A stretch of DNA of 64,000 bases from Phycisphaerae bacterium. Its GTDB lineage: Bacteria > Planctomycetota > Phycisphaerae > JAJVII01. The stretch lies in assembly GCA_022072085.1 (NCBI GenBank), contig JAJVII010000043.1:446-64445 (forward strand). Reading direction: 5' to 3'. This document shows, piece by piece, positions 9,136-17,364 of the stretch. The notes beneath the pieces are model-generated. The model was given only the letters and a program-made list of their open reading frames with translations, was not told the DNA's origin and did not search any database. The translations under genes were made by a program, and so were the position numbers. Each line of letters begins with the position of its first letter. Positions within the stretch are counted from its first letter, which is position 1.

Positions 9136-9546
9136 TCAATGGCGATCTCGGTGGTTTCGGCCGTCGTCGCGGTCGCGGCGACCGTTGTCGCGGCGGTCGT
9201 TGTCGCGGCGGCCGTTGTCGCGGCGGTCGTTGTCGCGGCGGCCGTTGTCGCGGCGGTCGAAGTCCCTGCGATCATTGTTGCCGCGCAGGATCACGGCCGA
9301 TCCGGGGCGATTCACGATCACCGGGGCCGGCCGGGTGACGATCACCGGCGCCGGCCGCGTCACCACCACCGGCCGCGGCGCAACCACCACCGGCGCCGGG
9401 GCGAAGCAGGCCGTGCTGTCGTAGTAACCGCGCCCGTAGTCGTTGTGATGGCGATAGTGCGAGCCGAAGGAGAGGTCGGCGTCCAGGCAGCCCGCCAGCA
9501 GGCCGACCGGTGCGAGCATCGTTGCCAACAGGAGGGTCCGGAACAT
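9136..9546 (-). CDS. Small lipoprotein with C-terminal RRDNGRRDND tandem repeats (unknown function)
   Basis: Start MFRTLLLATMLAPVGLLAGC gives a lipobox (L-A-G-C) with GAGGTG 5 nt upstream. The C-terminus is built from ~4 copies of a 30-bp tandem repeat. The ORF-track start at 9648 is an extension. Confidence 0.45.
   Translation of the reverse strand: MFRTLLLATMLAPVGLLAGCLDADLSFGSHYRHHNDYGRGYYDSTACFAPAPVVVAPRPVVVTRPAPVIVTRPAPVIVNRPGSAVILRGNNDRRDFDRRDNGRRDNDRRDNGRRDNDRRDNGRRDRDDGRNHRDRH
9150..9270. repeat. 30-bp tandem repeat (~4 copies; GTCGCGGCGGYCGTTGTCGCGGCGGYCGTT) inside the lipoprotein CDS
   Basis: Visible periodicity in the sequence. On the minus strand it encodes an RRDNGRRDND low-complexity repeat. 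Confidence 0.6.
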
Positions 9547-9699
9547 GGGGCACCTCATCGGGTTAGGCGGCGATCCGAAGCCGGCCTTTCCCGGCCTGGG
9601 CGTCGGACTCTTTGGTTCTCTCCGCACATGCAGGTAGACCCGGGCCACCTGATATGCGTTAGTTAATATTTTCAGATAGTCAACTATGTCTTGGCGTGT

Positions 9700-9830
9700 G
9701 CTTTGTGCACAGGCGGGGGTCAGGGGTCGGGCAATAGGGAGCTGTGGTCGGGGGTCGGAAGGCAGGTTCGCGTCTGTGCTCTTTCTGACCCCTGATCCCC
9801 GACCCCCAACCCTTTACCAGACCGCCGAGA
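9700..9830. repeat. Word-repeat inverted repeat (GGGGTCAGGGGTCGGG ... CTGACCCCTGATCCCCGACCCC)
   Basis: Imperfect reverse-complement arms built from GGGGTC/CTGAC words, in the spacer upstream of the first cytochrome operon. Confidence 0.45.
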
Positions 9831-9911
9831 CCGGGACCGGCAGCCCACCTGGATAAGCCCCTTCAGGGCAGCCTGCGCTTCCTGATTATAGGAGCAGGGC
9901 TATTTCCAGGA

Positions 9912-9927
9912 TTCTTGATTATGGGAA
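9912..9927. promoter_or_regulatory. Candidate enhancer (UAS) half-palindrome TTCTTG-ATTA-TGGGAA; a second degenerate copy TTCCTG-ATTA-TAGGAG lies at 9879-9894
   Basis: Same N4-spaced architecture and TGGGAA half-site as the perfect palindromes at 15719 and 26471. It lies 50-100 bp upstream of the sigma-54 promoter at 9977. Confidence 0.4.
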
Positions 9928-9976
9928 CCGCATACATGCCAACCCGTTTTTCAGTAGCGCCAAGTGGATCCGGCAG

Positions 9977-9992
9977 TGGTACGCGGTTTGCT
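9977..9992 (+). promoter_or_regulatory. Sigma-54 (RpoN) -24/-12 promoter TGGTAC-GCGGT-TTGCT
   Basis: GG and GC are separated by the canonical 10 nt. The 16-mer TGGTACGCGGTTTGCT is identical to the one at 26623. It sits 33 bp upstream of the multiheme cytochrome start at 10025. Confidence 0.7.
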
Positions 9993-10024
9993 CTAAAGGA
10001 CACCAAGTCTATTGGGATTGATAT

Positions 10025-11491
10025 ATGGATACCGCGCGCCAACGAAAGTTGGGGCGTGCAGGACTGCTGGTCGCGGTCGGCGGGTTGTGTGTCGCCTGGT
10101 CGGTGGGGCTGGGCGCTTCGCCAACAACGGCGCCGGACGCGGCCAGGAAGCCGGACACCAAGACAGCCACTTGCACCAATCAGACCTGTCACGCCACCCT
10201 GATCTCCCGGAAGGTCACGCACGGGCCGACGGCGCAGAACAAGTGCGACGCCTGCCATGTCTATGACGAACCGCGAGAGCACACGTTCAAACTCTCAGCC
10301 CCGGCCGACAAGCTTTGTGATAATTGTCACACCCTCAAGCAACGTACCGTCGTGCACACCCCGGTGAAGATGGCTCAGTGCACCGGCTGCCACGACCCGC
10401 ACGGCTCGGACAATCGCACGCTGCTCAAGGCCGACCCCACGCGCGGGCTCTGCGAAAGCTGCCACAAGAAGGATGCGTTCATGAACCGCAAGTTCCTGCA
10501 CGGACCGGTGGCAGCCGGCGCGTGCATCCTCTGCCACGAGCCGCATTCCTCGTGGGAGCCCAAGCTGCTGATCAAGCCCAAGGACCAGCTCTGCGTGACC
10601 TGTCACGCCGACGTCGTCAAGAAGGCCGAGGCCGCGCGCTTCGTCCACGAGCCGGTCAAGAAGGACTGCGGCCAGTGCCACGACCCCCACAGCGGCGACG
10701 CGAAGTATCAGCTCAAGGAGGCGCCGCCCAAGCTCTGCCTGGGTTGCCACGCGGATGTCCGCAAGCAACTGACCGACGCCAAGGTGATTCACGGACAGGC
10801 CCCGCCGCAGAAGAACGAGGACGGCATGCCCAAGGTCGACGCCGCCGCCCACCGGGCCCAGGAGGAGGCCTTTGGCTGCCTGGGCTGCCACAGCGCCCAC
10901 GTTTCGACGCTGCCCAAACTCCAGAAAGCCGCCCAGCCGGACCTCTGCCTCTCCTGCCACAACCAGACGCTGATCGCCGCCGACGGCAGCAAGCTGACCA
11001 ACATGGCGGCCCTGCTCAAGGACAACCCCGAGCACCACGGACCCATCCGCGAAGGAAGCTGCACCGCCTGTCACCAGCCGCACGGCGCGGGGACCTTCCG
11101 ACTGCTCTCGCACGAATATCCGCAGCAGTTCTACGCCCCGTTCAAGCTGGAGAGCTACGCCCTCTGCTTCGACTGCCACATCCCCCAACTCGTGCTCGCG
11201 GAGAAGGGAACCGGGCTGACGCGGTTCCGCAACGGCGACATCAACCTGCACTGGCTGCACGTGAACCGCGAGAAGGGCCGCACCTGCCGGGCCTGCCACG
11301 AGGTCCACGCCTCCAAGCGCCCCTTCCACATCCGCGACGCAGTGCCCTTCGGCGACAGCGGCTGGATGCTGGAGATTCGCTTCGAGCAGACCACGACCGG
11401 CGGCAGTTGCGCGCCGGGCTGCCACCAGAAGCGGACGTATGACCGCGGCCAGGAGAACCTGGGTCCCCCCAAGCCGGGAGGTCTGAAATGA
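10025..11491 (+). CDS. Periplasmic multiheme c-type cytochrome (13 CXXCH plus CX3CH/CX4CH variants), doubled-CXXCH (HGP…C..CH) repeat family
   Basis: Signal peptide, then repeated …HGP(V/T)…C..CH units (CDACH, CDNCH, CTGCH, CESCH, CILCH, CVTCH, CGQCH, CLGCH x2, CLSCH, CTACH, CFDCH, CRACH, plus CAPGCH). It is a paralogue of the gene at 17361. ORFs 10295..11425(-) and 10324..11442(+) are frame artefacts. Confidence 0.85.
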   Translation: MDTARQRKLGRAGLLVAVGGLCVAWSVGLGASPTTAPDAARKPDTKTATCTNQTCHATLISRKVTHGPTAQNKCDACHVYDEPREHTFKLSAPADKLCDNCHTLKQRTVVHTPVKMAQCTGCHDPHGSDNRTLLKADPTRGLCESCHKKDAFMNRKFLHGPVAAGACILCHEPHSSWEPKLLIKPKDQLCVTCHADVVKKAEAARFVHEPVKKDCGQCHDPHSGDAKYQLKEAPPKLCLGCHADVRKQLTDAKVIHGQAPPQKNEDGMPKVDAAAHRAQEEAFGCLGCHSAHVSTLPKLQKAAQPDLCLSCHNQTLIAADGSKLTNMAALLKDNPEHHGPIREGSCTACHQPHGAGTFRLLSHEYPQQFYAPFKLESYALCFDCHIPQLVLAEKGTGLTRFRNGDINLHWLHVNREKGRTCRACHEVHASKRPFHIRDAVPFGDSGWMLEIRFEQTTTGGSCAPGCHQKRTYDRGQENLGPPKPGGLK

Positions 11492-12531
11492 GCGCCCACA
11501 GGGTCACCATCCGCCGGCCGCCCGTTGCCGCCTGGGCGACGCTGGCCGCCCTGCTCTGGCTGGCGCTGCCCGCGACGCCGGCCGGCGCGGTCACGCACCT
11601 CAAGCGCGGCGACGCCGCCGATCCCGTCGCCTTGTCCGACCTGGACGGCAAGCAGGTCAGCACCGCCGACCTCAAGGGCCGCACGCTGATCCTGGTCTTC
11701 GGCGAACTGTATCACCCCCGCACGCGCGACCTGTGCACGCAGATCGCAACGATCCTCAAGGACGGGAGGCTGGCCGACCAGAAGATCGCGTCCATCCTCA
11801 TCGTCGCCCAGGACGCCAAGCCCGACGAGCTGAAGGCCGAGATGGGCGACATCCACTGGCCGGCGATCATCCTGCACGACGCCGGCCGAAAGGCCTTTGG
11901 CGATTACCGCGTCGCGGTGCTGCCCAGCCTGGTCGTCGTCGACCCCGAGGGCAAGGTGGTGCACGCGATGGCCGGGCCGGTCGACCGGTTGGCCGACGTG
12001 CTGACCGACGCCCTGCTGCTGTCGGCGGGCAAGCTGAGCGCGGAGCGGTTCGAGCAGACGCTGCACCCCCAGCCGACGACGGCCCCCAGCGAGGAGTCCG
12101 AGCGATCGGAGCGGTTCACGCAACTGGCCCGCCAACTCGCCCGACGCGGTATGGACGACCTGGCGGCCGAGAAGTATGCCGAGGCCCTGAGCCTCGACCC
12201 CGGCCACGAGTCGGCGCACCTGGGCCTGGGCCTGCTGCTGCTGCGGCAGCGTCGGCTGGCGCAGGCCGAGGAACGCTTCCGCCTCGTGCTGTTGAGCGAC
12301 CCGCAGTCGCAGGAGGCGGTGCTGGGGCTGGCCTACGTGCAGACGCTGCGCGGGGGCGCGGAGCTGGCGGCGGCGGAGAAGTCCGTCCGCGACCTGCTGG
12401 CCAAGAGCCCGTCGCAGCCGCGGGCGCATTACCTGCTGGGGCTGATATGCGAGCAGCGCCACCAGACCGACAAGGCGGCTGCCAGTTTCAAGCGGGCAGC
12501 CGAGCTGCTGCTGGAGCGGAGCGAAGAGTGA
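11488..12531 (+). CDS. Secreted thioredoxin-fold (TlpA/AhpC-like) domain protein with C-terminal TPR repeats; lacks a CXXC active site
   Basis: Signal peptide, a thioredoxin-like core (GRTLILVFGELYHP…VLPSLVVVDPEGKVV) with a single Cys instead of CXXC, then TPR-like helices (AEKYAEALSLDPGHESAHLGLGLLL…). Translationally coupled to the upstream cytochrome with a 4-nt overlap. Confidence 0.6.
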   Translation: MSAHRVTIRRPPVAAWATLAALLWLALPATPAGAVTHLKRGDAADPVALSDLDGKQVSTADLKGRTLILVFGELYHPRTRDLCTQIATILKDGRLADQKIASILIVAQDAKPDELKAEMGDIHWPAIILHDAGRKAFGDYRVAVLPSLVVVDPEGKVVHAMAGPVDRLADVLTDALLLSAGKLSAERFEQTLHPQPTTAPSEESERSERFTQLARQLARRGMDDLAAEKYAEALSLDPGHESAHLGLGLLLLRQRRLAQAEERFRLVLLSDPQSQEAVLGLAYVQTLRGGAELAAAEKSVRDLLAKSPSQPRAHYLLGLICEQRHQTDKAAASFKRAAELLLERSEE

Positions 12532-12980
12532 TGAGCGAAACCACGCACGACCCTGCGCCCACGCACGACCGCGATGGACGGCGGACCTTCTGCAAGCTGT
12601 GCATCGGCGGGCTTTCGGTGGCGTCGGCGGCGACGGTGGCCTACCCGGTGGCATCGTTCCTGGGCATGCCGATCACCGTCGGGGCCAACAAGCCCGTAGC
12701 GGTCCCGCTGAGCAGCCTGGCCCCGGGGCAGGCTCACTACGCGGAGTTCCAGGGCCAGCAGATCGTCATCCTGTCGGACGAGGAAGGCCAGCGGGTGTTC
12801 AGCGCGTCCTGTCCGCACCTGGGTTGCAACGTGATGTGGAGCCCGGCTGACGCCCTGTTCCACTGTCCGTGCCACGGGGCGGTGTTCAACTCGCACGGGC
12901 AGGTGGTCAGCGGGCCGGTCAGCGCGTCGCTGAAGAAGGTCCCCTTCGAGGTCAAGAACGGGGTCATCATCGTTTCCTGA
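12531..12980 (+). CDS. Rieske [2Fe-2S] protein of a cytochrome bc-type complex
   Basis: Box I CPHLGC and box II CPCHGA are 19 residues apart, with an N-terminal TM/TAT-like segment. TGATG overlap with the previous gene. The ORF-track entry 11733..12980 is a spurious N-terminal extension in the same frame. Confidence 0.85.
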   Translation: MSETTHDPAPTHDRDGRRTFCKLCIGGLSVASAATVAYPVASFLGMPITVGANKPVAVPLSSLAPGQAHYAEFQGQQIVILSDEEGQRVFSASCPHLGCNVMWSPADALFHCPCHGAVFNSHGQVVSGPVSASLKKVPFEVKNGVIIVS

Positions 12981-12989
12981 GGTGCCTCC

Positions 12990-13649
12990 ATGCGTCTGCT
13001 GGGACGGATATTCGACTGGTTCGACGAGCGGTATGAGCTGACGCCGCTGATCGAGAAGAACGTCACCCACAAGCAGGTGCCGCGGACGCTGGGCTGGAGC
13101 GCCTGCTTCGGCGGGCTGGCCTTCCTCACCTTCCTGGTCCAGGTCTTCACCGGGATGCTCCTGCTGATGTACTACAAGCCGCACCCGTCGGCCGCCTGGG
13201 ACAGCGTGACCTTCATCAAGAGCAACGTGCCGATGGGCTGGCTGGTGCAGCGGATCCACACCGTGGGCGCCAACACGATGATCGTGCTGGTGTTCATGCA
13301 CTTCGCCCGGGTGGCCTACTACAAGATCTTCCGCAAGCCGCGCGAACTGCACTGGATCAGCGGCGTGGTGCTGATGCTCATTACGACGATCATGGCCTTT
13401 ACCGGCTACCTGCTGCCCTGGACGCAACTGAGCTACTGGGGCGCCAAGGTCGGCACCGAAATCCCCGGCGCCGTCCCGTGGATCGGCGAAGGCATCCGCA
13501 ACTGGGTCCGGCGCGGGCCGGCCATCAGCGGCGAAACCCTCGGCTTCTTCTTCTCGCTGCACATCTGGATCCTGCCGGCGGTCGCGGTGGCCTTCATGCT
13601 CATGCACTTCATGATGATCCGGAGGACGGGCATCTCGCGGCCGCTGTGA
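12990..13649 (+). CDS. Cytochrome b, N-terminal half (cytochrome b6-like, 4 TM, bis-His heme ligands)
   Basis: 219 aa with four TM helices, conserved His in helices B and D (…RIHTVGANTMIVLVFMHF…, …FFFSLHIWILPAVAVAFMLMHF…) and a PetB-like length. Confidence 0.85.
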   Translation: MRLLGRIFDWFDERYELTPLIEKNVTHKQVPRTLGWSACFGGLAFLTFLVQVFTGMLLLMYYKPHPSAAWDSVTFIKSNVPMGWLVQRIHTVGANTMIVLVFMHFARVAYYKIFRKPRELHWISGVVLMLITTIMAFTGYLLPWTQLSYWGAKVGTEIPGAVPWIGEGIRNWVRRGPAISGETLGFFFSLHIWILPAVAVAFMLMHFMMIRRTGISRPL

Positions 13650-13848
13650 ACGCGCATAAGAGAACGCAGGGGGGCAGAGAAGGACAGAGGGCGCAGGGAC
13701 GGAATGAACGAAGCGAAGGAAGAGCGAAAGGGACACGGAGAACACGCGGCGGGCAGAAGGAAGATGAGAATCAGGATTTCTCTGCCCGACCTCTGCCTCT
13801 CCGCCCCTCTGCGTTCCTCTTGAACTCGCCCCCAGCCGGGGCGAACGG

Positions 13849-14499
13849 ATGGAGCAGGCCATGGGCGCCGATTACAAGAAGCAATACCGGCCCGACCAGT
13901 TGGAGCCCTTCTGGCCCAACGAGATCATCAAGATGGTCGTCGTCGTGCTCTGCACGCTGGCGGTCATCATGTTCTTTGCCGTCCTGCCGGTGCTGCTGGA
14001 CATGATCGGCGTGCACGGGGCGATGCACGGCGAGGAGCCGGCCAACCCGCAGGGCGCCACGCCCGCCGGCATCAAACCCGAGTGGTACTTCCTGGCCGTC
14101 TACCAGTATCTCCGCCTGATGCCCACCGAACTGTTCGGGATCAGCGGCAAGACGCTGGGCGTGCTCAGCCAGGGGGTGGGCATCGCGGCGGTCGTGCTGC
14201 TGCCGTTCTGGTATCGCCGACGGGCTAGCCGGCGCCCGGGCTGGGTCTATCGGCTGATTGTCACCGCCGGCCTGGTGGGGTTCCTGGTACTGACGATCTG
14301 GGGCGGCTGGCCCGAGACGCAGGGCCCCGACGGCGGCGAGGAACTGATTCCCTTCAAGGACTACCTCCACCAGAAGCCGACCATGTTCATCCTGTTCGGC
14401 GTGGCCCTGGTCGTCTTCTACTTCCTGATCTGGCGCGAGCGGCGGATGATCCGCCAGGTGCTCGACGCCCCCGATCCCGGGGAAGGAGCCGCGCCGTGA
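13849..14499 (+). CDS. Cytochrome b C-terminal half / subunit IV-like (PetD-like, PEWY motif)
   Basis: Three TM helices and a PEWYFL motif (…AGIKPEWYFLAVYQYLR…). An alternative start at 13861 has a GGAG 6 nt upstream. Confidence 0.75.
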   Translation: MEQAMGADYKKQYRPDQLEPFWPNEIIKMVVVVLCTLAVIMFFAVLPVLLDMIGVHGAMHGEEPANPQGATPAGIKPEWYFLAVYQYLRLMPTELFGISGKTLGVLSQGVGIAAVVLLPFWYRRRASRRPGWVYRLIVTAGLVGFLVLTIWGGWPETQGPDGGEELIPFKDYLHQKPTMFILFGVALVVFYFLIWRERRMIRQVLDAPDPGEGAAP

Positions 14500-15431
14500 A
14501 GACTTCGATGATCCGAATGGCTGCGGTCCTGCTGGCCACCGCGCTGGCCGCCCGGACGCCCGCCCTGCGCGCCGCCGACGACGATCCGTTCGCGAACAAC
14601 GCCTGCGTGAACTGCCACCGCGACCTGCCCGGGCGCAGCAGCGAGATCGTCACCCTCGAGTGGAAACAGAGCGTTCACCACGCCGCCGGGGTCGGCTGCG
14701 ACGGCTGCCACGGCGGCGACCCCTCGGTCCGCCGCGACCAGTTCGCCATCGAGGACGACTACAAGCGGGCGGCCCACCTTCAGCGCAATCCTGACTTCCT
14801 GCTGATGCAGGACCGCACCGACCCCTTCGTCGGTCCGGTCCGAGGACGCAAGGTTTCGTACTTCTGCGGCAAGTGCCACGCCGACATCAAGGAGAAGCAT
14901 CTGGGCAGCCCGCACGGCGACTTCGGCGACCCGACCTGTCTCTACTGCCACGGGCAGGGCTCGCACAAGATCACCCACCCGACAGCCGAGGAGATCATCG
15001 ACACGCGGCCCAAGTCCGAGAACGGACGGTGCAGCCCCTGCCACCGGGCCGCAACCATGCAGGCGGTCACTACTATCAAGAAGACGCTGATCGACGCCGA
15101 GGACAGGATCCAGACCTCCGGCAATCTCTACGCGCGACTGGAGAGCTGGGGCTACCAGAACCTGGAGTTGGAGAAGCTGCACCATCACGCCCGGGAGGTC
15201 CGCTCGCAACTGCGGCAGATCTTCCACAGTTTCAACATGAGGGACATTAACAATTTCGCCTCGGAGATCGGCGACGTGGCCGATCGCACGCAGGCGACCT
15301 ATGACCTGGTCAGCAACCTGCGCCGCACCCAGCGTCGCCAGACGGTCGTCGGAGCGTCCGCCGTCGGCATGCTGCTGCTGTTTGCCGGCCTGCTGGTTTA
15401 CTACAAGCGATCGTTCCTGGATGAGCATTAG
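14496..15431 (+). CDS. Pentaheme c-type cytochrome with C-terminal membrane anchor (bc-complex-associated)
   Basis: Signal peptide, then CVNCH, CDGCH, CGKCH, CLYCH and CSPCH, with a C-terminal TM helix (VVGASAVGMLLLFAGLLVYY). ATGA overlap with the preceding gene. Confidence 0.8.
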   Translation: MKTSMIRMAAVLLATALAARTPALRAADDDPFANNACVNCHRDLPGRSSEIVTLEWKQSVHHAAGVGCDGCHGGDPSVRRDQFAIEDDYKRAAHLQRNPDFLLMQDRTDPFVGPVRGRKVSYFCGKCHADIKEKHLGSPHGDFGDPTCLYCHGQGSHKITHPTAEEIIDTRPKSENGRCSPCHRAATMQAVTTIKKTLIDAEDRIQTSGNLYARLESWGYQNLELEKLHHHAREVRSQLRQIFHSFNMRDINNFASEIGDVADRTQATYDLVSNLRRTQRRQTVVGASAVGMLLLFAGLLVYYKRSFLDEH

Positions 15432-15718
15432 GCACTGTCTGACGAATCGATCGTCGGCCTGAGAGCGAGCGAATTCGCGGCCGGCAAGGCGGCCGAAGCA
15501 GGCGTTACTCTTTCGTATCGCCGATGCAGGCCAACGCCGCCGGACGCGAATGCAGCCGCTCGGAGCCAGAGCGATTCGTCAGACAGAGCCTGGGCGAAGG
15601 TCGGCCCCGCCCTGTTTCTCCCAGCGCCACACTGCCCGCAAGGTTGCATCGCGACGCCGCGACCTTTGTGAAAAGTCGCGCGAACGTCTTGTGGCCGGGA
15701 CGACGGCGAGCGAGGAAA

Positions 15719-15734
15719 TTCCCACTTATGGGAA
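15719..15734. promoter_or_regulatory. Perfect 16-bp palindrome TTCCCA-CTTA-TGGGAA; candidate enhancer-binding-protein site (UAS)
   Basis: Exact reverse-complement half-sites with a 4-nt spacer, 50 bp upstream of the -24 element at 15785. Confidence 0.5.
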
Positions 15735-15784
15735 CCGGATGGCATAAGTTCCATCACAATGTGGCCTTACGGGGGTTGACTCGC

Positions 15785-15799
15785 GGCACGCCGTTTGCT
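15785..15799 (+). promoter_or_regulatory. Sigma-54 -24/-12 promoter GGCACG-CCGT-TTGCT
   Basis: Matches the consensus (T)GGCACG-N4-TTGCW with correct GG/GC spacing. Lies ~40 bp upstream of the NapC-like cytochrome start. Confidence 0.7.
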
Positions 15800-15837
15800 T
15801 ACCTGATGGATGATCGACGGGTGTGAAGGAGGTTTCG

Positions 15838-17364
15838 GTGCGCAAGTTGTTCAGATGGTTCTGGGCCAAGCGCCTTCGCCGCTGGGGGCTGATCGCCGGC
15901 GTGGGGCTCGTCCTCCTGTCGGTCGGCACGGTAGAGCTGACCAGCCAGAGCTGGTTCTGCAATTCCTGCCACATCATGAACACCTACTACGCCAGTTGGA
16001 AGACTTCGCCGCACAAGGACGTGGAGTGCATCCGCTGCCACATCGCGCCGGGGATGAACAACTTCGTCTCGGCCAAGCTCAACGGGCTGGGCCAGGTCGT
16101 CGATGACGTCCTGCACCGCACGAGCACCAAGCCCTCGGCGTCGGTGAGCGACATGAGCTGCACCCGCGCCGGCTGCCACGAGCAGGCGGTCGTCCAGGCC
16201 AATGACTACACCGCCGTGACAGCCGCCGCCATGTCGGCGACACAGACCCCGCCACGTGCCTACTTCTTCGACCACAGCAAGCACCTGGGGCGCGAGTATC
16301 GGGGCATCAGCATCCACTGCTCGACCTGCCACTCGCACGTCCAGGGCGACCAGCACTTCGAGGTGAACACCAACGTCTGCGTCACCTGCCACCTGTTCAG
16401 CGGGCCGGGCACGGCGCCCCAGTGGTCGGCCCCGGTGCTGTCGGTCACGACGACCCGGCCCGACGCCGCCCCCAGCAGCCAGGCCGAGCAGATCACCGGC
16501 TCGACGGTCGCCTCCCCCGACCAGGCCGTCGCCGCCCCGTCGCGCTGCAAGAACTGCCACGAGCCGCCCAAGCAACCGGTGAACTACCACGGGCTTCAGG
16601 TCATCCACGACGAGTATCTGGCCTACGGAGCGGCCTGCGAAAGCTGCCATCGCAACGTGACGGCCGCGTTCGCCACGATCGGCGACACCCAGTGCTACGC
16701 CTGTCACGACTTCGGCGCCGAGCGGATCGGCGACATCGAGGACCTCCACCGCGTCCACACCGTCGGCGAGCACAAGGTCGAGTGCTTCAGTTGCCACGGG
16801 CTGACGGCCCACGGGCCCAAGGCGGCCGCCTCGGCGCTCCAGCTCGAGCAGCTCACCTGCGGCGCCTGCCACAAGGGCCAGCACCAGATCCAGCAGACGA
16901 CTTACAAGCCCGGCGTCGAGCCGACGCCGACCCAGCCCGAGCAGGGCCACGCCCAACCCGAGCAGTCGGTCGCGGTCTCGCCGATGTTCATGGCCCACGT
17001 CGACTGCACCGGATGCCACGTCAGGCAGCAGCCGCTGGAATTCAAGCCCGACACCGGCGCGACTGTCGCGATGGCCGCGCCGCAGGCCTGCGACGCCTGC
17101 CACAAGCCCGGACTGGGCGCGTCGCAGATCGCCCTGTGGCAGAAGGCCACCAAGGCGCTCTACGAGCAGGCGGCCGCCCTGCTGCCGGCAACGCCGCCGG
17201 CGCCGGGCAGCGAGTCGGCCCGGCTGGTCGCCGAGGCCCGCAAGCTGCTGGACCTCGTGCGGCTGGACGGCTCGTGGGGCGTTCACAATCCGAAGTACAC
17301 CGAGAGCCTGCTGCTGGAGGCGATCGCCAAGCTCCGGCAGGCGTCGGCGGGAGGTGGTTCATGA
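15838..17364 (+). CDS. NapC/NirT/NrfH-family membrane-anchored multiheme cytochrome c, extended (11 CXXCH + 1 CX4CH); putative quinol dehydrogenase
   Basis: N-terminal TM helix immediately followed by CNSCH…CIRCH, the NapC/NrfH hallmark, then 9 more heme motifs. GTG start at 15838 is preceded by AAGGAGG at -6; the ORF-track start 15823 is 5 codons upstream. Confidence 0.8.
   Translation: MRKLFRWFWAKRLRRWGLIAGVGLVLLSVGTVELTSQSWFCNSCHIMNTYYASWKTSPHKDVECIRCHIAPGMNNFVSAKLNGLGQVVDDVLHRTSTKPSASVSDMSCTRAGCHEQAVVQANDYTAVTAAAMSATQTPPRAYFFDHSKHLGREYRGISIHCSTCHSHVQGDQHFEVNTNVCVTCHLFSGPGTAPQWSAPVLSVTTTRPDAAPSSQAEQITGSTVASPDQAVAAPSRCKNCHEPPKQPVNYHGLQVIHDEYLAYGAACESCHRNVTAAFATIGDTQCYACHDFGAERIGDIEDLHRVHTVGEHKVECFSCHGLTAHGPKAAASALQLEQLTCGACHKGQHQIQQTTYKPGVEPTPTQPEQGHAQPEQSVAVSPMFMAHVDCTGCHVRQQPLEFKPDTGATVAMAAPQACDACHKPGLGASQIALWQKATKALYEQAAALLPATPPAPGSESARLVAEARKLLDLVRLDGSWGVHNPKYTESLLLEAIAKLRQASAGGGS

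Noticed and set aside
9130-9300. Possible CRISPR array suggested by short tandem repeats
   Set aside because: The repeats are contiguous 30-bp units with no unique spacers, and no cas genes are nearby. This is a coding tandem repeat, not CRISPR. The same applies to the 39-bp repeat at 33100-33295.
10295-11442. ORFs 10295..11425(-) and 10324..11442(+)
   Set aside because: Alternative-frame or antisense shadows of the 14-heme cytochrome gene. The cytochrome frame is validated by 13 CXXCH motifs.
11733-12980. 415-aa ORF starting at 11733
   Set aside because: The N-terminal 266 residues are Arg/Gly junk overlapping the Trx/TPR gene. The real Rieske gene starts at the in-frame ATG at 12531 (TGATG coupling).
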